Part shown: one piece after another, positions 51,180-60,464 of the stretch
Position numbering within the stretch: position 1 is the first letter of the stretch
Layout: the number at the start of each line of letters is the position of its first letter
Assembly (NCBI GenBank): GCA_964485195.1
Contig: CAZAIK010000001.1
Location: 1-64,000, forward strand
DNA length: 64,000 bases
Origin: an uncultured Methanosarcinales archaeon
GTDB taxonomy: Archaea > Nanobdellota > Nanobdellia > Woesearchaeales > CAIVOO01
Direction of reading: 5' to 3'
Position numbers and translations under genes: made by a program
Notes under the pieces: generated by a model
The model's input: only the letters and a program-made list of their open reading frames with translations
Told to the model about the DNA's origin: nothing
The model's database searches: none

Positions 51180-51409
51180 GTCGGGGTGGCACAATCTGGT
51201 TCACTTTGTTTGCGCAAAGCGAACATCCTCCCCACTGCGAAAGGGCTGACGCCTTGCGCGTCCCGCCCCGAGCAACAGAGGGTAAGCCTGAGAAGGCTTG
51301 AAGTGCAGAAAACTGCGCTGGCCTGCTACCTGTTGCCAGCATTCCTTGCTGGCTCTCTTGGACAGCCAGTTTCCTTCGGGATTTCCGGGTTCAAATCCCG
51401 GCCCCGACG
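51180..51409 (+). tRNA. tRNA-Ser(GCT) with 111-nt D-loop intron (51201-51311) and 35-nt canonical intron (51329-51363)
   Basis: GTCGGGG/CCCCGAC acceptor stem; spliced D-arm GCACAATCTGGT-ACTGC; CTGGC-CT-GCT-A[..]A-GCCAG; long variable arm. Confidence 0.88.
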
Positions 51410-51459
51410 TTTTTAATAGGATAATTTTATAAATACGAAAAAACGAGTAATATCCTAAA

Positions 51460-52113
51460 ATGGCGAAAAAGAAGGCGAAGAAGGCTAAAAAAAGCGCTAA
51501 AAATTCTAAGCAGACACTTTCAAGAATCAGCAAAAAACTTGACAAGTTACTGGAAGGGCAGCAGGAGATTAAAGAGGAAGAAGAAGAAATCAAAGAATTG
51601 GAGAAAGAGGAACTTTCAGAAGAAAAAAAACTTGGCGGGGAGGAAAAGGAAGAGCTGGCAGAGCTCAAGGAGCTGGAGAAGATTGAAAAAGAGGTACAAA
51701 AACAGGTAATCCCCCATCCCCTGAAAAGAATCACGACCAAGGACCTGGCCAGGGGTTCCATAGGAGCGCTTTTCGGAGCTGTGGCCCATTACACTTTTAT
51801 CTACGGGCTTAAGGTTGCGGAGCACATAACATTCACAAGGGCAGCTATTCTTTTCATTCTTTCTTTTGGAATAGGAGGGGTTTTCCTTTACGCCACCGGC
51901 TTCAGGAAAATAAGGGATCCAAAAGTTTTGGCATTTTTGCCGGTAAGGCTTATAGTTTTATATATCACTGCGGTTATAATGTCAGTAATAGTGCTGTGGT
52001 TTTTCGAGCCCGGCTTCGGAGAATCTTTTGAGGAGGCCTTCAGGCAAACAGCAACCATAACATTGATAGCAGTCATAGGCGCGTGCACCGCGGACATAAT
52101 AGGAAAGGAATAA
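51460..52113 (+). CDS. membrane protein (DUF2391-like) with charged N-terminal coiled coil
   Basis: KD...GALFG followed by four hydrophobic helices. Confidence 0.75.
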   Translation: MAKKKAKKAKKSAKNSKQTLSRISKKLDKLLEGQQEIKEEEEEIKELEKEELSEEKKLGGEEKEELAELKELEKIEKEVQKQVIPHPLKRITTKDLARGSIGALFGAVAHYTFIYGLKVAEHITFTRAAILFILSFGIGGVFLYATGFRKIRDPKVLAFLPVRLIVLYITAVIMSVIVLWFFEPGFGESFEEAFRQTATITLIAVIGACTADIIGKE

Positions 52114-52518
52114 ATGAAGATAGACAACCTGACTCAGGAAATAGGAGAGCTTCAGAAGTACGAGACGCCGAAGAAGAATATTCTTCAGAGAATCCTGGAT
52201 ATTCTCGGAAGGCTGCAGGCTGCAGAGGATTATGAGCGAATAAAGGAAGAACTCAGCCACCTTCTGAACGCCTTGAACAGGATAGACGCTGTGATTAATG
52301 GCCAGGTCAAGAGGTTCAAAAAGAACAAGAGAGTTGCGGAAAAGCTGACCAGGCAGCAGCAGGTAATTGCAGACCTGAGGAGGCTGATAAGGTTTTACCA
52401 AAGCAATACCGAGGCCAGAATACTTAATGAAACTTACGGAAAGATTTTTGAGGCAATCCAAAGTTTTATAACACTTTCTAACCAGGTGGTTGAAAAGGCT
52501 GCAAAAAAGGCGGCGTGA
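52114..52518 (+). CDS. hypothetical helical protein
   Basis: 134-aa ORF coupled to both neighbours. Confidence 0.7.
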   Translation: MKIDNLTQEIGELQKYETPKKNILQRILDILGRLQAAEDYERIKEELSHLLNALNRIDAVINGQVKRFKKNKRVAEKLTRQQQVIADLRRLIRFYQSNTEARILNETYGKIFEAIQSFITLSNQVVEKAAKKAA

Positions 52519-52520
52519 AA

Positions 52521-54332
52521 ATGAAGATCGAAAGGCTTGTACCGGACACATCTGTAATAATCGAGGGAATAGTCTCAAAAAGACTGGAAAAAAAGGAAAT
52601 AATCGCTGAGACAGTAATAATCCACGAGGCCATTCTCGCTGAACTAGAGCATCAGGCCAACCTGAACAAGTCAGTCGGCTCTTTTGGCCTGGAAGAAATT
52701 AAAAAGATAAAGACCATTTCCAAAAAGCTGGGTTTTGAAGTGGAGTTCATGGGGCAAAGGCCCAAATCTTCTGAGATAAGATATGCAAAGCTTGGCGAGA
52801 TAGACGCAAGGATAAGGGATCTTGCCTATGAAAATGGGGCCACGCTCATTACTGCCGACAGGGTGCAGGCAAAGGTTGCAGAAGCCAAAGGCATTTCCCT
52901 CATTTTCGTTGAGCTTAAGACCAGGCCCAGGAAAATCCGGTTAGAGCAGTTTTTTGACAAGAACACCATGAGCATACACTTGAGAGAGAATATTGAGGCG
53001 TATGCGAAAAAGGGAAGCCCTGGAAAATGGGATTTCACCAGGACTTCTTCAAAAAAGCTGAAGCAGGAAGAGATAAAAGAAATTTCCAGGGAAATCATTG
53101 AGGAAGCAAGTTCAAGAAGGGACAGCTTTATTGAAATTGAAAGGACAGGCTCCACCATTGTCCAGATGGGTAATTACAGGATAGTTATCATAAGGCCGCC
53201 ATTCTCGGACGGGTGGGAGATAACAGCAGTAAGGCCTGTAAAAAAACTCAGCTTGGAAGATTACAATCTTTCTGAAAAGATGAAAAAAAGGCTGGAGGAG
53301 CAGGCTGAGGGCATCCTTATCGCAGGAGCTCCGGGAATGGGAAAAACCACGTTTGCACAGGCGCTGGCTGAGGAGTTTTCCTCAAAGAACAAGATAGTCA
53401 AGACAGTGGAGGCCCCCAGGGATTTAGTTCTTCCGGACAACATAACCCAGCTTGCGATTTCTCACGGAGATCCCCAGGAGATACACGATATCTTATTGCT
53501 TTCAAGGCCTGACTACACGCTCTTTGATGAGATGAGGAACACAAAGGATTTCGCTCTTTTCTCTGACCTCAGGCTCGCAGGTGTGGGTATGGTGGGAGTC
53601 ATTCACGCAACAACCCCCATAGATGCAGTGCAAAGATTCATTGGAAGAATAGAGCTTGGGGTGATACCACACATAGTGGACACTGTTCTTTTTATCAAGA
53701 ACGGGGCAGTAGCCAAGGTATTTAATGTTGTTATGGAAGTCAAGGTTCCTTCAGGAATGACAGAAAGCGACTTGGCAAGGCCTGTGGTTGTAGTCTCGGA
53801 TTACGAAACTGAGATTCCAGAATTCGAGATTTACAGTTATGGGGAGCAGACAGTGGTGATACCCATTCAGGAAGGAGGAGCAGCATCCCCCCTTCAAAAA
53901 CTGGCCAAGAGGCAGATATTGAGGGAACTGCAAAAGTACTCTGAAGAACTTAAAGTAGAGTTCATATCTGACAGCAGAATTGCTTTGTATGTTCCTGAAA
54001 AAAATGTATCCTCAATCATAGGCAGGGAAGGCCGAAACATCGACAAGCTGGAGGAAAGATTGGGGGTAGGCATTGATGTGCGAACCCTTGAAAGGGAGGA
54101 AAAGCCAAAAAAGAAAGTGCCCTACCAGATGGAGCAGAGGGGCAACAGCATAGTGATGTTCGTGGACAAAAAGTTTGCCAACCAAAACATGGACATTATG
54201 GTAAATGAGGAATATCTCCTCACTGTGAACGTGGGCAGGAAAGGGGACATCAGGATTAAGAAGAACAACAAAATAGGGAAGACAATTCTGAATGCTTTGA
54301 AATACGGAGAGGATGTTAAGATTGTTCAGTAA
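52521..54332 (+). CDS. PIN-domain ATPase with KH domain (PINA)
   Basis: VPDTSVII, GAPGMGKT, FDEMR, IIGREG. Confidence 0.93.
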   Translation: MKIERLVPDTSVIIEGIVSKRLEKKEIIAETVIIHEAILAELEHQANLNKSVGSFGLEEIKKIKTISKKLGFEVEFMGQRPKSSEIRYAKLGEIDARIRDLAYENGATLITADRVQAKVAEAKGISLIFVELKTRPRKIRLEQFFDKNTMSIHLRENIEAYAKKGSPGKWDFTRTSSKKLKQEEIKEISREIIEEASSRRDSFIEIERTGSTIVQMGNYRIVIIRPPFSDGWEITAVRPVKKLSLEDYNLSEKMKKRLEEQAEGILIAGAPGMGKTTFAQALAEEFSSKNKIVKTVEAPRDLVLPDNITQLAISHGDPQEIHDILLLSRPDYTLFDEMRNTKDFALFSDLRLAGVGMVGVIHATTPIDAVQRFIGRIELGVIPHIVDTVLFIKNGAVAKVFNVVMEVKVPSGMTESDLARPVVVVSDYETEIPEFEIYSYGEQTVVIPIQEGGAASPLQKLAKRQILRELQKYSEELKVEFISDSRIALYVPEKNVSSIIGREGRNIDKLEERLGVGIDVRTLEREEKPKKKVPYQMEQRGNSIVMFVDKKFANQNMDIMVNEEYLLTVNVGRKGDIRIKKNNKIGKTILNALKYGEDVKIVQ

Positions 54333-54385
54333 GCGCATTTTGCAGGCAAAAAGCTTTATATATCGAGCACAATACCATTATCAAA

Positions 54386-55666
54386 ATGCTGGAAATAAGA
54401 TTCGTGAGGGAAAACCCCAATATTGTCAAGAAGGACCTTGAAAAAAGAAAGGAAAAAGACAAGGCCAAGTGGGTGGATGAAGTTCTTAAGCTTGACGAGG
54501 AGTGGAGAAAACTTAAGGGCCAGGCAGATGAATTAAGAAGCAGGCGGAACAAGCTTTCCCAGGAAATCAACAAGCTGAAAAAAGAGGGAAAAGAGGCAGC
54601 AAAACCAATTAAGGAAGCAAAGGAGCTGCCTGGCAAGATAGACAAGCTGGAAAAAACCTTGGAAGAAAAGGAGAAAAAGATAAAGCATTATCTTATGAGA
54701 ATTCCTAACATACTTCACGAATCAGTTCCGCAGGGGGACACAGAGAAGGACAACGAGGAAGTGGCTAAATTCGGTAAGCCCCAAAGGTTTAGCTTTGAGC
54801 CGAAATCCCACGTTGACATTCTTGAGCAAAACTACCTTGCCGACCTTGAGAGAGCTGCCAAGATTTCAGGAGCGAGATGGTATTTCCTAAGGGGGGATCT
54901 GGCGCTGCTTGAAATGGCCCTTGCAAGATATGCTGTTGATTTTATGACAAGCAAAGGGTACACTCTTATGATTCCTCCGCATATGATGCACAGGAAGGCA
55001 TACGAAGGGGTAACCTCCCTGGACGATTTTGAAGAGATGCTCTACAAAGTTGAAGGGGAAGATTTATACCTTATCGCAACCTCAGAGCATCCTCTTACAG
55101 CAATGTGGATGGAAGAGGTTCTGGACCCAAAATGCCTGCCTATCAAAATGGCCGGGTTCAGCACGAATTTCAGGAAAGAAGCAGGAAGCCACGGAAGGGA
55201 CACCAAAGGAATCTTCAGGACGCACCAGTTCAACAAGGTGGAGCAGATAGTGGTTTGCAGGCCGGAAGATTCGTGGAAGTTCCACGAAGAATTAAGGAAA
55301 AACCTGGAGGAATTTTTCAAAAGCCTCGGACTGCACATAAGGACTGTTAATATCTGCACAGGAGACATAGGAATTGTTGCCGCAAAGAAATATGATGTTG
55401 AGGTATGGATGCCTGCGCAGGAAAAATTCAGGGAAGCTGGCTCCTGTTCAAACTGCACATCATACCAGGCAGTAAGACTTAACATCAGGTATAACGCAAA
55501 GGAAGGCAATGAGTATGTCCATACGCTAAACAGCACCTGTGTTGCAACAGGAAGAGCCTTGGCGGCAATACTTGAAAATTTCCAGCAGAAGGACGGAACT
55601 GTGAAGATTCCTGACGTCCTGTTTCCTTATATGAATGGAAAGAAAACCATCGGGTTCAAAAAGTGA
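54386..55666 (+). CDS. serS: serine--tRNA ligase
   Basis: LIATSE, FRKEAG, HQFNKVE, HTLNST. Confidence 0.98.
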   Translation: MLEIRFVRENPNIVKKDLEKRKEKDKAKWVDEVLKLDEEWRKLKGQADELRSRRNKLSQEINKLKKEGKEAAKPIKEAKELPGKIDKLEKTLEEKEKKIKHYLMRIPNILHESVPQGDTEKDNEEVAKFGKPQRFSFEPKSHVDILEQNYLADLERAAKISGARWYFLRGDLALLEMALARYAVDFMTSKGYTLMIPPHMMHRKAYEGVTSLDDFEEMLYKVEGEDLYLIATSEHPLTAMWMEEVLDPKCLPIKMAGFSTNFRKEAGSHGRDTKGIFRTHQFNKVEQIVVCRPEDSWKFHEELRKNLEEFFKSLGLHIRTVNICTGDIGIVAAKKYDVEVWMPAQEKFREAGSCSNCTSYQAVRLNIRYNAKEGNEYVHTLNSTCVATGRALAAILENFQQKDGTVKIPDVLFPYMNGKKTIGFKK

Positions 55667-55674
55667 GGTGCTAA

Positions 55675-55965
55675 ATGGGAAAGAAAAAGAAGAAATCAAT
55701 ATGGGACGCGGAATATAAAGAGGATTCCACGGAATACGCAAGAGAGAGGGGAATGGAGGATGAAGAGGAAGAGCACGAAGGAACCCATATGGAAGCCAAA
55801 GATGATATAGAAAGAGGTTTGGAAGAAGAGAACATCTATTCCGAAGAGGGAAGGAATCTTGAAAGGGAAGAGGACGCTTTGGAAGACTGGGAGCAGGGCT
55901 TTGCTGAGGGGGCCGAGAGCAAAAGCCCTTTAAGGAAGATTAAGAAAAAGAAGAAAAGGTCATAG
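55675..55965 (+). CDS. small acidic hypothetical protein
   Basis: GAGGTG SD; IYSEEGR...WEQGFAEG. Confidence 0.75.
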   Translation: MGKKKKKSIWDAEYKEDSTEYARERGMEDEEEEHEGTHMEAKDDIERGLEEENIYSEEGRNLEREEDALEDWEQGFAEGAESKSPLRKIKKKKKRS

Positions 55966-57882
55966 TCCCACTGAGCCCATAAAAATCTTTTTAACCCCCT
56001 GCAGCCTTCTTATCCTTTCAATCATCTCCTTGATATGCTCAAGGTCCTCTAAATTAAGCTTAAAACTGCATTCAGCCATATTGTTGCCTATTACCTTGGC
56101 GTTTGCATTCTGAATGCTGGCCCCAGTGAATGTGATAGTGTTTAGTATATCTGCGAACAGGCCGGGCCTGTCAAGTGCTTCTATTTTAAGAGTTATTACG
56201 TCATCGAAATGCTGCCTCCATTCAACTTTAACTTTTTTCTTGGCTGCTTTTTCATAAGCTTTGCAGTCCTTCCTGTGAACAGTAACTGTGTCTGTTTTTG
56301 AGGTAAGCCCTATTATTTTGTCTCCTGGGTTTGGGGTGCAACAGCTGGCCAGCTTAAACTTGGGTTTGCTGACAGCTTCACACACCAGAATGCCTGTTGC
56401 CTTGTCACCCAAGTCCTCCTTTTCCTTTTTCTTCATGGCCTTGGCAGGCAGCTTCTCCTTTTCCTGCACAGCCTTCTTTATCTTGTGCAGGGCTTTTGTG
56501 GTCTTGGCTATGTTAAGCCAGCTCCTGCTGGGCCTTTGAGTTTTTGAGGTTATTACTTCAACAACATCCCCTGTTTTAAGGGGATACCTCAATGAAACAA
56601 ACATTCCATTAACCTTTGCGCCCATACAATGGTTACCTATTTCAGAGTGCACTGAATAAGCGAAATCAAGAGGGGTTGAGCCGTTGGGCAGCTCTATTAC
56701 ATCCCCCCTGGGAGTAAATGTGTAAATCTCATCCTTGAAAAAATCTATCTCCAAGGATTCTATGAATTCCTTTGCCGTGTCTGATTCCTGCTGCCAGTCT
56801 ATAATCTCCTTAAGCCAGGACAGCTTTTTGTCAAATTCCGTCCCCTTGCCCAGTCCCTTGTACTGCCAGTGGGCAGCTATGCCCTCCTCAGCCACCTCTT
56901 CCATCTCCCTGGTCCTTATCTGGACCTCTACCACCCTGCCTTCGGGAGTAAGCATAACATCGTGCAGCGACTGATACATATTTACCTTGGGCATTGCAAT
57001 GTAATCCTTGAACCTTCTCGGGATGGGCTTCCAGGTGTTGTGGAGAAGTCCCAAAATCTTGTAGCAGTTTGCAACGCTGTCAGTTATTATCCTTACTCCA
57101 ACCACATCAAAAATTTCCTCAAATGACCTGTTCTTTCTTTTCATTTTTCTGTAGATGGCATATGCTGTCTTCAGCCTTCCTATAATTTCCGAAGGGATTG
57201 AATTTTCCTTCAAAAGAGAATTAAGCTGTTTTTTCAGCTTGCTGATCTCCTTTTCCCTCTCCTTAATTCTTGACTTTACTTTTGAATTAATCTCACTGTA
57301 TCTCTCGGGCTGGGTATAACGGAATGCCAAATCCTCTAACTGGCTTTTTACCCTGTGAATACCCAGCCTGTAAGCCAAAGGGGTATATATGCCCATTACC
57401 TCTTTTGCTATCCTGAGCTGTTTTTCCCTGGGAAGGTAATTCAGGGTGCGCATATTATGCAGCTTGTCCAGGAGTTTAATGATTAAAATCCTGATGTCTT
57501 TGGCTGTGGCGAAAAGCATCTTTCGTATGGACTCAAACTGGTATTCTTCCCTGCCTTTTGACTTCAGCTGTGTGAGTTTTGTGAGGCCGTCCACTATCAT
57601 GGCAACGTCTTTGCCAAACTCTTTCTCTATGAACTTCAGCGGGTACTCGGCGTTTTCTATGACATCGTGAAGAAGGGCTGCGCATACAGATTCTGTGTCC
57701 ATCTTGAAATCAGCAGCCAGGTTTGCCACCTCCAGCGGATGCACAATGTAAGATTCGCCAGATGCCCTCTTCTCCCCCTTATGCGCCTTCACAGCCGTTT
57801 CATGTGCCTTTCTAATCAAAGCTGTGTCAGCATCCTTGTCATAGGACTTCACTTTTCTTATGATGGTATCTATCTTGATCAT
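55960..57882 (-). CDS. long RelA/SpoT homolog (HD-SYNTH-TGS-ZFD-ACT)
   Basis: RASGESYIVHP, LLHDVIEN, DKLHNMRTL, RFKDYIAMPK.NMYQSLH, EVQIRT, AAHWQYK, TPLDFAY, CCTP.PGD, DRPGL. Confidence 0.96.
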   Translation of the reverse strand: MIKIDTIIRKVKSYDKDADTALIRKAHETAVKAHKGEKRASGESYIVHPLEVANLAADFKMDTESVCAALLHDVIENAEYPLKFIEKEFGKDVAMIVDGLTKLTQLKSKGREEYQFESIRKMLFATAKDIRILIIKLLDKLHNMRTLNYLPREKQLRIAKEVMGIYTPLAYRLGIHRVKSQLEDLAFRYTQPERYSEINSKVKSRIKEREKEISKLKKQLNSLLKENSIPSEIIGRLKTAYAIYRKMKRKNRSFEEIFDVVGVRIITDSVANCYKILGLLHNTWKPIPRRFKDYIAMPKVNMYQSLHDVMLTPEGRVVEVQIRTREMEEVAEEGIAAHWQYKGLGKGTEFDKKLSWLKEIIDWQQESDTAKEFIESLEIDFFKDEIYTFTPRGDVIELPNGSTPLDFAYSVHSEIGNHCMGAKVNGMFVSLRYPLKTGDVVEVITSKTQRPSRSWLNIAKTTKALHKIKKAVQEKEKLPAKAMKKKEKEDLGDKATGILVCEAVSKPKFKLASCCTPNPGDKIIGLTSKTDTVTVHRKDCKAYEKAAKKKVKVEWRQHFDDVITLKIEALDRPGLFADILNTITFTGASIQNANAKVIGNNMAECSFKLNLEDLEHIKEMIERIRRLQGVKKIFMGSVGL

Positions 57883-57936
57883 AGTATTACATAATACAAA
57901 GAAATATTTAAATATATCATCACACAAAGCTGTATT

Positions 57937-59010
57937 ATGGGGTTTTTCAGCAATACACAGGGAGGGGAGTCCATATTCGTAAACGAGCTGGCTTTAGATT
58001 ACACATTCGTGCCGAAGCTGATCCCGTTCAGGGAAATGCAGCAGAAATACATAGCCAGCTGTATAAAGCCTTTATTTTCCAAGCGGAACGGCAAGAATAT
58101 CATACTTCACGGCCCTCCGGGAGTAGGAAAAACAGTTGCCACCAGGCACATCCTCAACGAGCTGGAAGAAGAAACTGATGAGATAATCCCCATTTACATT
58201 AACTGCTGGAACAAGAACACCAGCTACAAGATAGTTATTGAGCTGTGTGACATACTCGATTATAAATTCACGCAGAACAAGAAAACAGAGGAATTGTTTG
58301 CAATTATCAAAAACATACTGAACAAGAAATCCGCTGTTTTTGTCTTTGACGAGATAGACAAGGTAGAGGATTACAATTTTCTTTACACGCTTCTGGAGGA
58401 CATTTACAGGAAGACCATAATCTTAGTCACCAACTACAAGTCATGGGTTAATGAGCTGGACGACAGGATTAAATCAAGACTGGTGCCTGAGACAGTTGAA
58501 TTCAGGAAATACTCCCAGTCTGAAATCAAGGGGATTCTGAAGGAAAGGGCCAGCTACGCCTTCGCTTCCAACTGCATTCACGAGAATGTTTTTGACTTTC
58601 TCGCCAGGACCACTGTAGAGAAGGGGGATGGCGATGTGAGGATAGGCTTGTATCTTATGCGCGAAGCTGGATTGATAGCTGAAGCGCAGGATTCAGGATG
58701 CATTATGATTCAAAATGCCCAGGAAGCCGCCAGCAAGCTTATTGACTTTTCCATCAAAAAAAGCGAAGAGCTTGATGAGGATGCCAGGAAAGTCCTCAGC
58801 ATTATCAAGATGCAGAATGGGGGAAAGATAGGGGAATTGTTCAAGTCCTATCAGGACGAGGGAGGCAATCTCTCCTACAAGTCATTCCAGAGGAAAATCA
58901 GCAAGCTGAATGAGAACAAGTTCATTAACACTGAGAAGATTATGGGAGGTTCTGAAGGGACCACCACCATGATAAAGCTCCCTCAGGAAAGGAAGCTTAC
59001 GGAGTTTTAA
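57937..59010 (+). CDS. cdc6: Cdc6/Orc1 family AAA+ ATPase
   Basis: PFRE, GPPGVGKT, YINC, FDEID, GDVR. Confidence 0.9.
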   Translation: MGFFSNTQGGESIFVNELALDYTFVPKLIPFREMQQKYIASCIKPLFSKRNGKNIILHGPPGVGKTVATRHILNELEEETDEIIPIYINCWNKNTSYKIVIELCDILDYKFTQNKKTEELFAIIKNILNKKSAVFVFDEIDKVEDYNFLYTLLEDIYRKTIILVTNYKSWVNELDDRIKSRLVPETVEFRKYSQSEIKGILKERASYAFASNCIHENVFDFLARTTVEKGDGDVRIGLYLMREAGLIAEAQDSGCIMIQNAQEAASKLIDFSIKKSEELDEDARKVLSIIKMQNGGKIGELFKSYQDEGGNLSYKSFQRKISKLNENKFINTEKIMGGSEGTTTMIKLPQERKLTEF

Positions 59011-59011
59011 G

Positions 59012-59602
59012 GTGAAACTTCTGCTTACTTCAGATGGGATAACTTCTGAAGCTGTGAAAGAGCAATTTGTTAGATTGCTGGAAAGGCCCCTTGAATCTGT
59101 CAGGTTGCTGAGAATTTCTTACAACAGGGACGAAGACAGCCTGGCAAGGTCAAAAGCTCCCTTGATCAAAGCAGGGATAAAAGAAGAGAACATGGAACTG
59201 ATTGACATTGCCAAGGACGAGAAGGTTGATTCCCTGGAAAAGTTTGATGTTGTTTATGTTCTCGGAGGAAACACATTCACCATTCTTGACAAGATAAGGA
59301 AGCTCGGCCTGGAAAAGCCATTGAAAGATTTTATTAGGTCAGGAAAGCTGTACATTGGTCTTAGCGCAGGAAGTATGCTTGTGGGGCCAAACATTGAGGT
59401 TTCCGGTATAGAAGATGAGAATGAGACCGGGTTGGAGGATTTAAGAGGATTCAACGTTATTGACATTGAGATATCGCCGCATTTTAATGAAGCAGAAGAA
59501 AAAACTATGAATGAGTTCAAGAAAAAAGTAAATTACAAAATAATGGAGTTGAGGGACGGGCAGGCATTGGTTGTTACGGACAAGGAAAAAAGGATAATCT
59601 AG
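59012..59602 (+). CDS. peptidase E (S51) family
   Basis: GGNTF, GLSAGS, PHF. Confidence 0.92.
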   Translation: MKLLLTSDGITSEAVKEQFVRLLERPLESVRLLRISYNRDEDSLARSKAPLIKAGIKEENMELIDIAKDEKVDSLEKFDVVYVLGGNTFTILDKIRKLGLEKPLKDFIRSGKLYIGLSAGSMLVGPNIEVSGIEDENETGLEDLRGFNVIDIEISPHFNEAEEKTMNEFKKKVNYKIMELRDGQALVVTDKEKRII

Positions 59603-59754
59603 CAGTGCTTCAGCCACCCCCTCATGAAGGCCTCCTCATAAGCTGAGATGCTGTCGTCTTCTGCCCTTTGAGAAAGCTCGTGTTCGCTGTAAAAATCCTC
59701 TTCTTTTTTGTCCTCTTCCTTTTTTTTGAAAACCTTTCCCAGCTTAATCCTCAT
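59599..59754 (-). CDS. small acidic protein (51 aa, not in ORF track)
   Basis: MRIKLGK...FYSEHELSQRAEDDSISAYEEAFMRGWLKHC; GGTGG SD; resembles 55675-55965. Confidence 0.7.
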   Translation of the reverse strand: MRIKLGKVFKKKEEDKKEEDFYSEHELSQRAEDDSISAYEEAFMRGWLKHC

Positions 59755-59875
59755 TTGGACCACCTGAGCACAAAGCCTTCATCTGCTGAAAGGTTATCTC
59801 CTGGATTTTTCTCAAAAAGCGGGTGTTGATTTCAGGCACTCCGTACACGTTTTTCCTTGCTTCATAGACTGTCAT
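59744..59875 (-). CDS. small hypothetical protein (43 aa, not in ORF track)
   Basis: MTVYEARKNVYGVPEINTRFLRKIQEITFQQMKALCSGGPNED; GAGGTGA SD. Confidence 0.55.
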   Translation of the reverse strand: MTVYEARKNVYGVPEINTRFLRKIQEITFQQMKALCSGGPNED

Positions 59876-60258
59876 AATATCACCTCTTTAGTTTTTGTTT
59901 CTCAGAGCGCCCCGCCTGAGGGCGCTTGCGGGGGAGGAGGCGCTCTGGAAGCAAGAAGGCAGCTAAATCCTTCATATGCAACATATGAAGGGAGGTGTTT
60001 ATATTTGCCACTTTACCCCCTGTCCAGTGCCAGTGAGAAATTGCTATTCTGAAGGTTTTTGGGCAGGCAAAAAACCTGCCCTAGATATCTGACCAGAGTC
60101 TGTGTTTTCCTGTTTTACCACCTCCTTTTTCCTTTTAAAGACCCTCGCTATCTTCATAATAAACAACTAAATGTGATTTTATTAATCTGTTATGAAGAAT
60201 TGTTCTGCACTGCAGATACATTCATTGTTACCTTAAAGGGTGCTAAGAGCATAAAAAA

Positions 60259-60402
60259 TTAATTCTTCTTTTTCTTTGGTTTATCCCAATAAGCAGATTT
60301 GCATTTTGGGCATAAGATTGGATACTCTTTTTTTCTAGGAATCCATTCATGTTTGCAACGTTCACATTTGTATCCTTTTACTTGTATCTTTATTTCAGCC
60401 AT
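60259..60402 (-). CDS. small zinc-ribbon protein (47 aa, not in ORF track)
   Basis: YKCERCKHEWIPR...CPKCKSAYWD. Confidence 0.8.
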   Translation of the reverse strand: MAEIKIQVKGYKCERCKHEWIPRKKEYPILCPKCKSAYWDKPKKKKN

Positions 60403-60464
60403 ATAACTTTTTAGAACTTTATTCTTTAGTAAGATTTGAAAAGCTTTTGGATTATCCTTGGAAT

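Noticed and set aside
51201..51311. RNase P or SRP RNA inside the tRNA-Ser intron
   Set aside because: Only faint echoes (TCCTCCCCAC, GAGCAACAGA); no GAGGAA P4 motif or SRP helix-8 consensus; too short
51019..51416. ORFs overlapping tRNA-Met and tRNA-Ser
   Set aside because: Fully explained by GC-rich tRNA and intron sequence
57883..57936. Replication origin next to cdc6
   Set aside because: Only 54 bp, occupied by promoters; no ORB repeats recognised
60061..60081. Hairpin GGGCAGG-CAAAAAA-CCTGCCC as an island attachment site
   Set aside because: No second copy and no integrase seen; more likely a terminator-like hairpin
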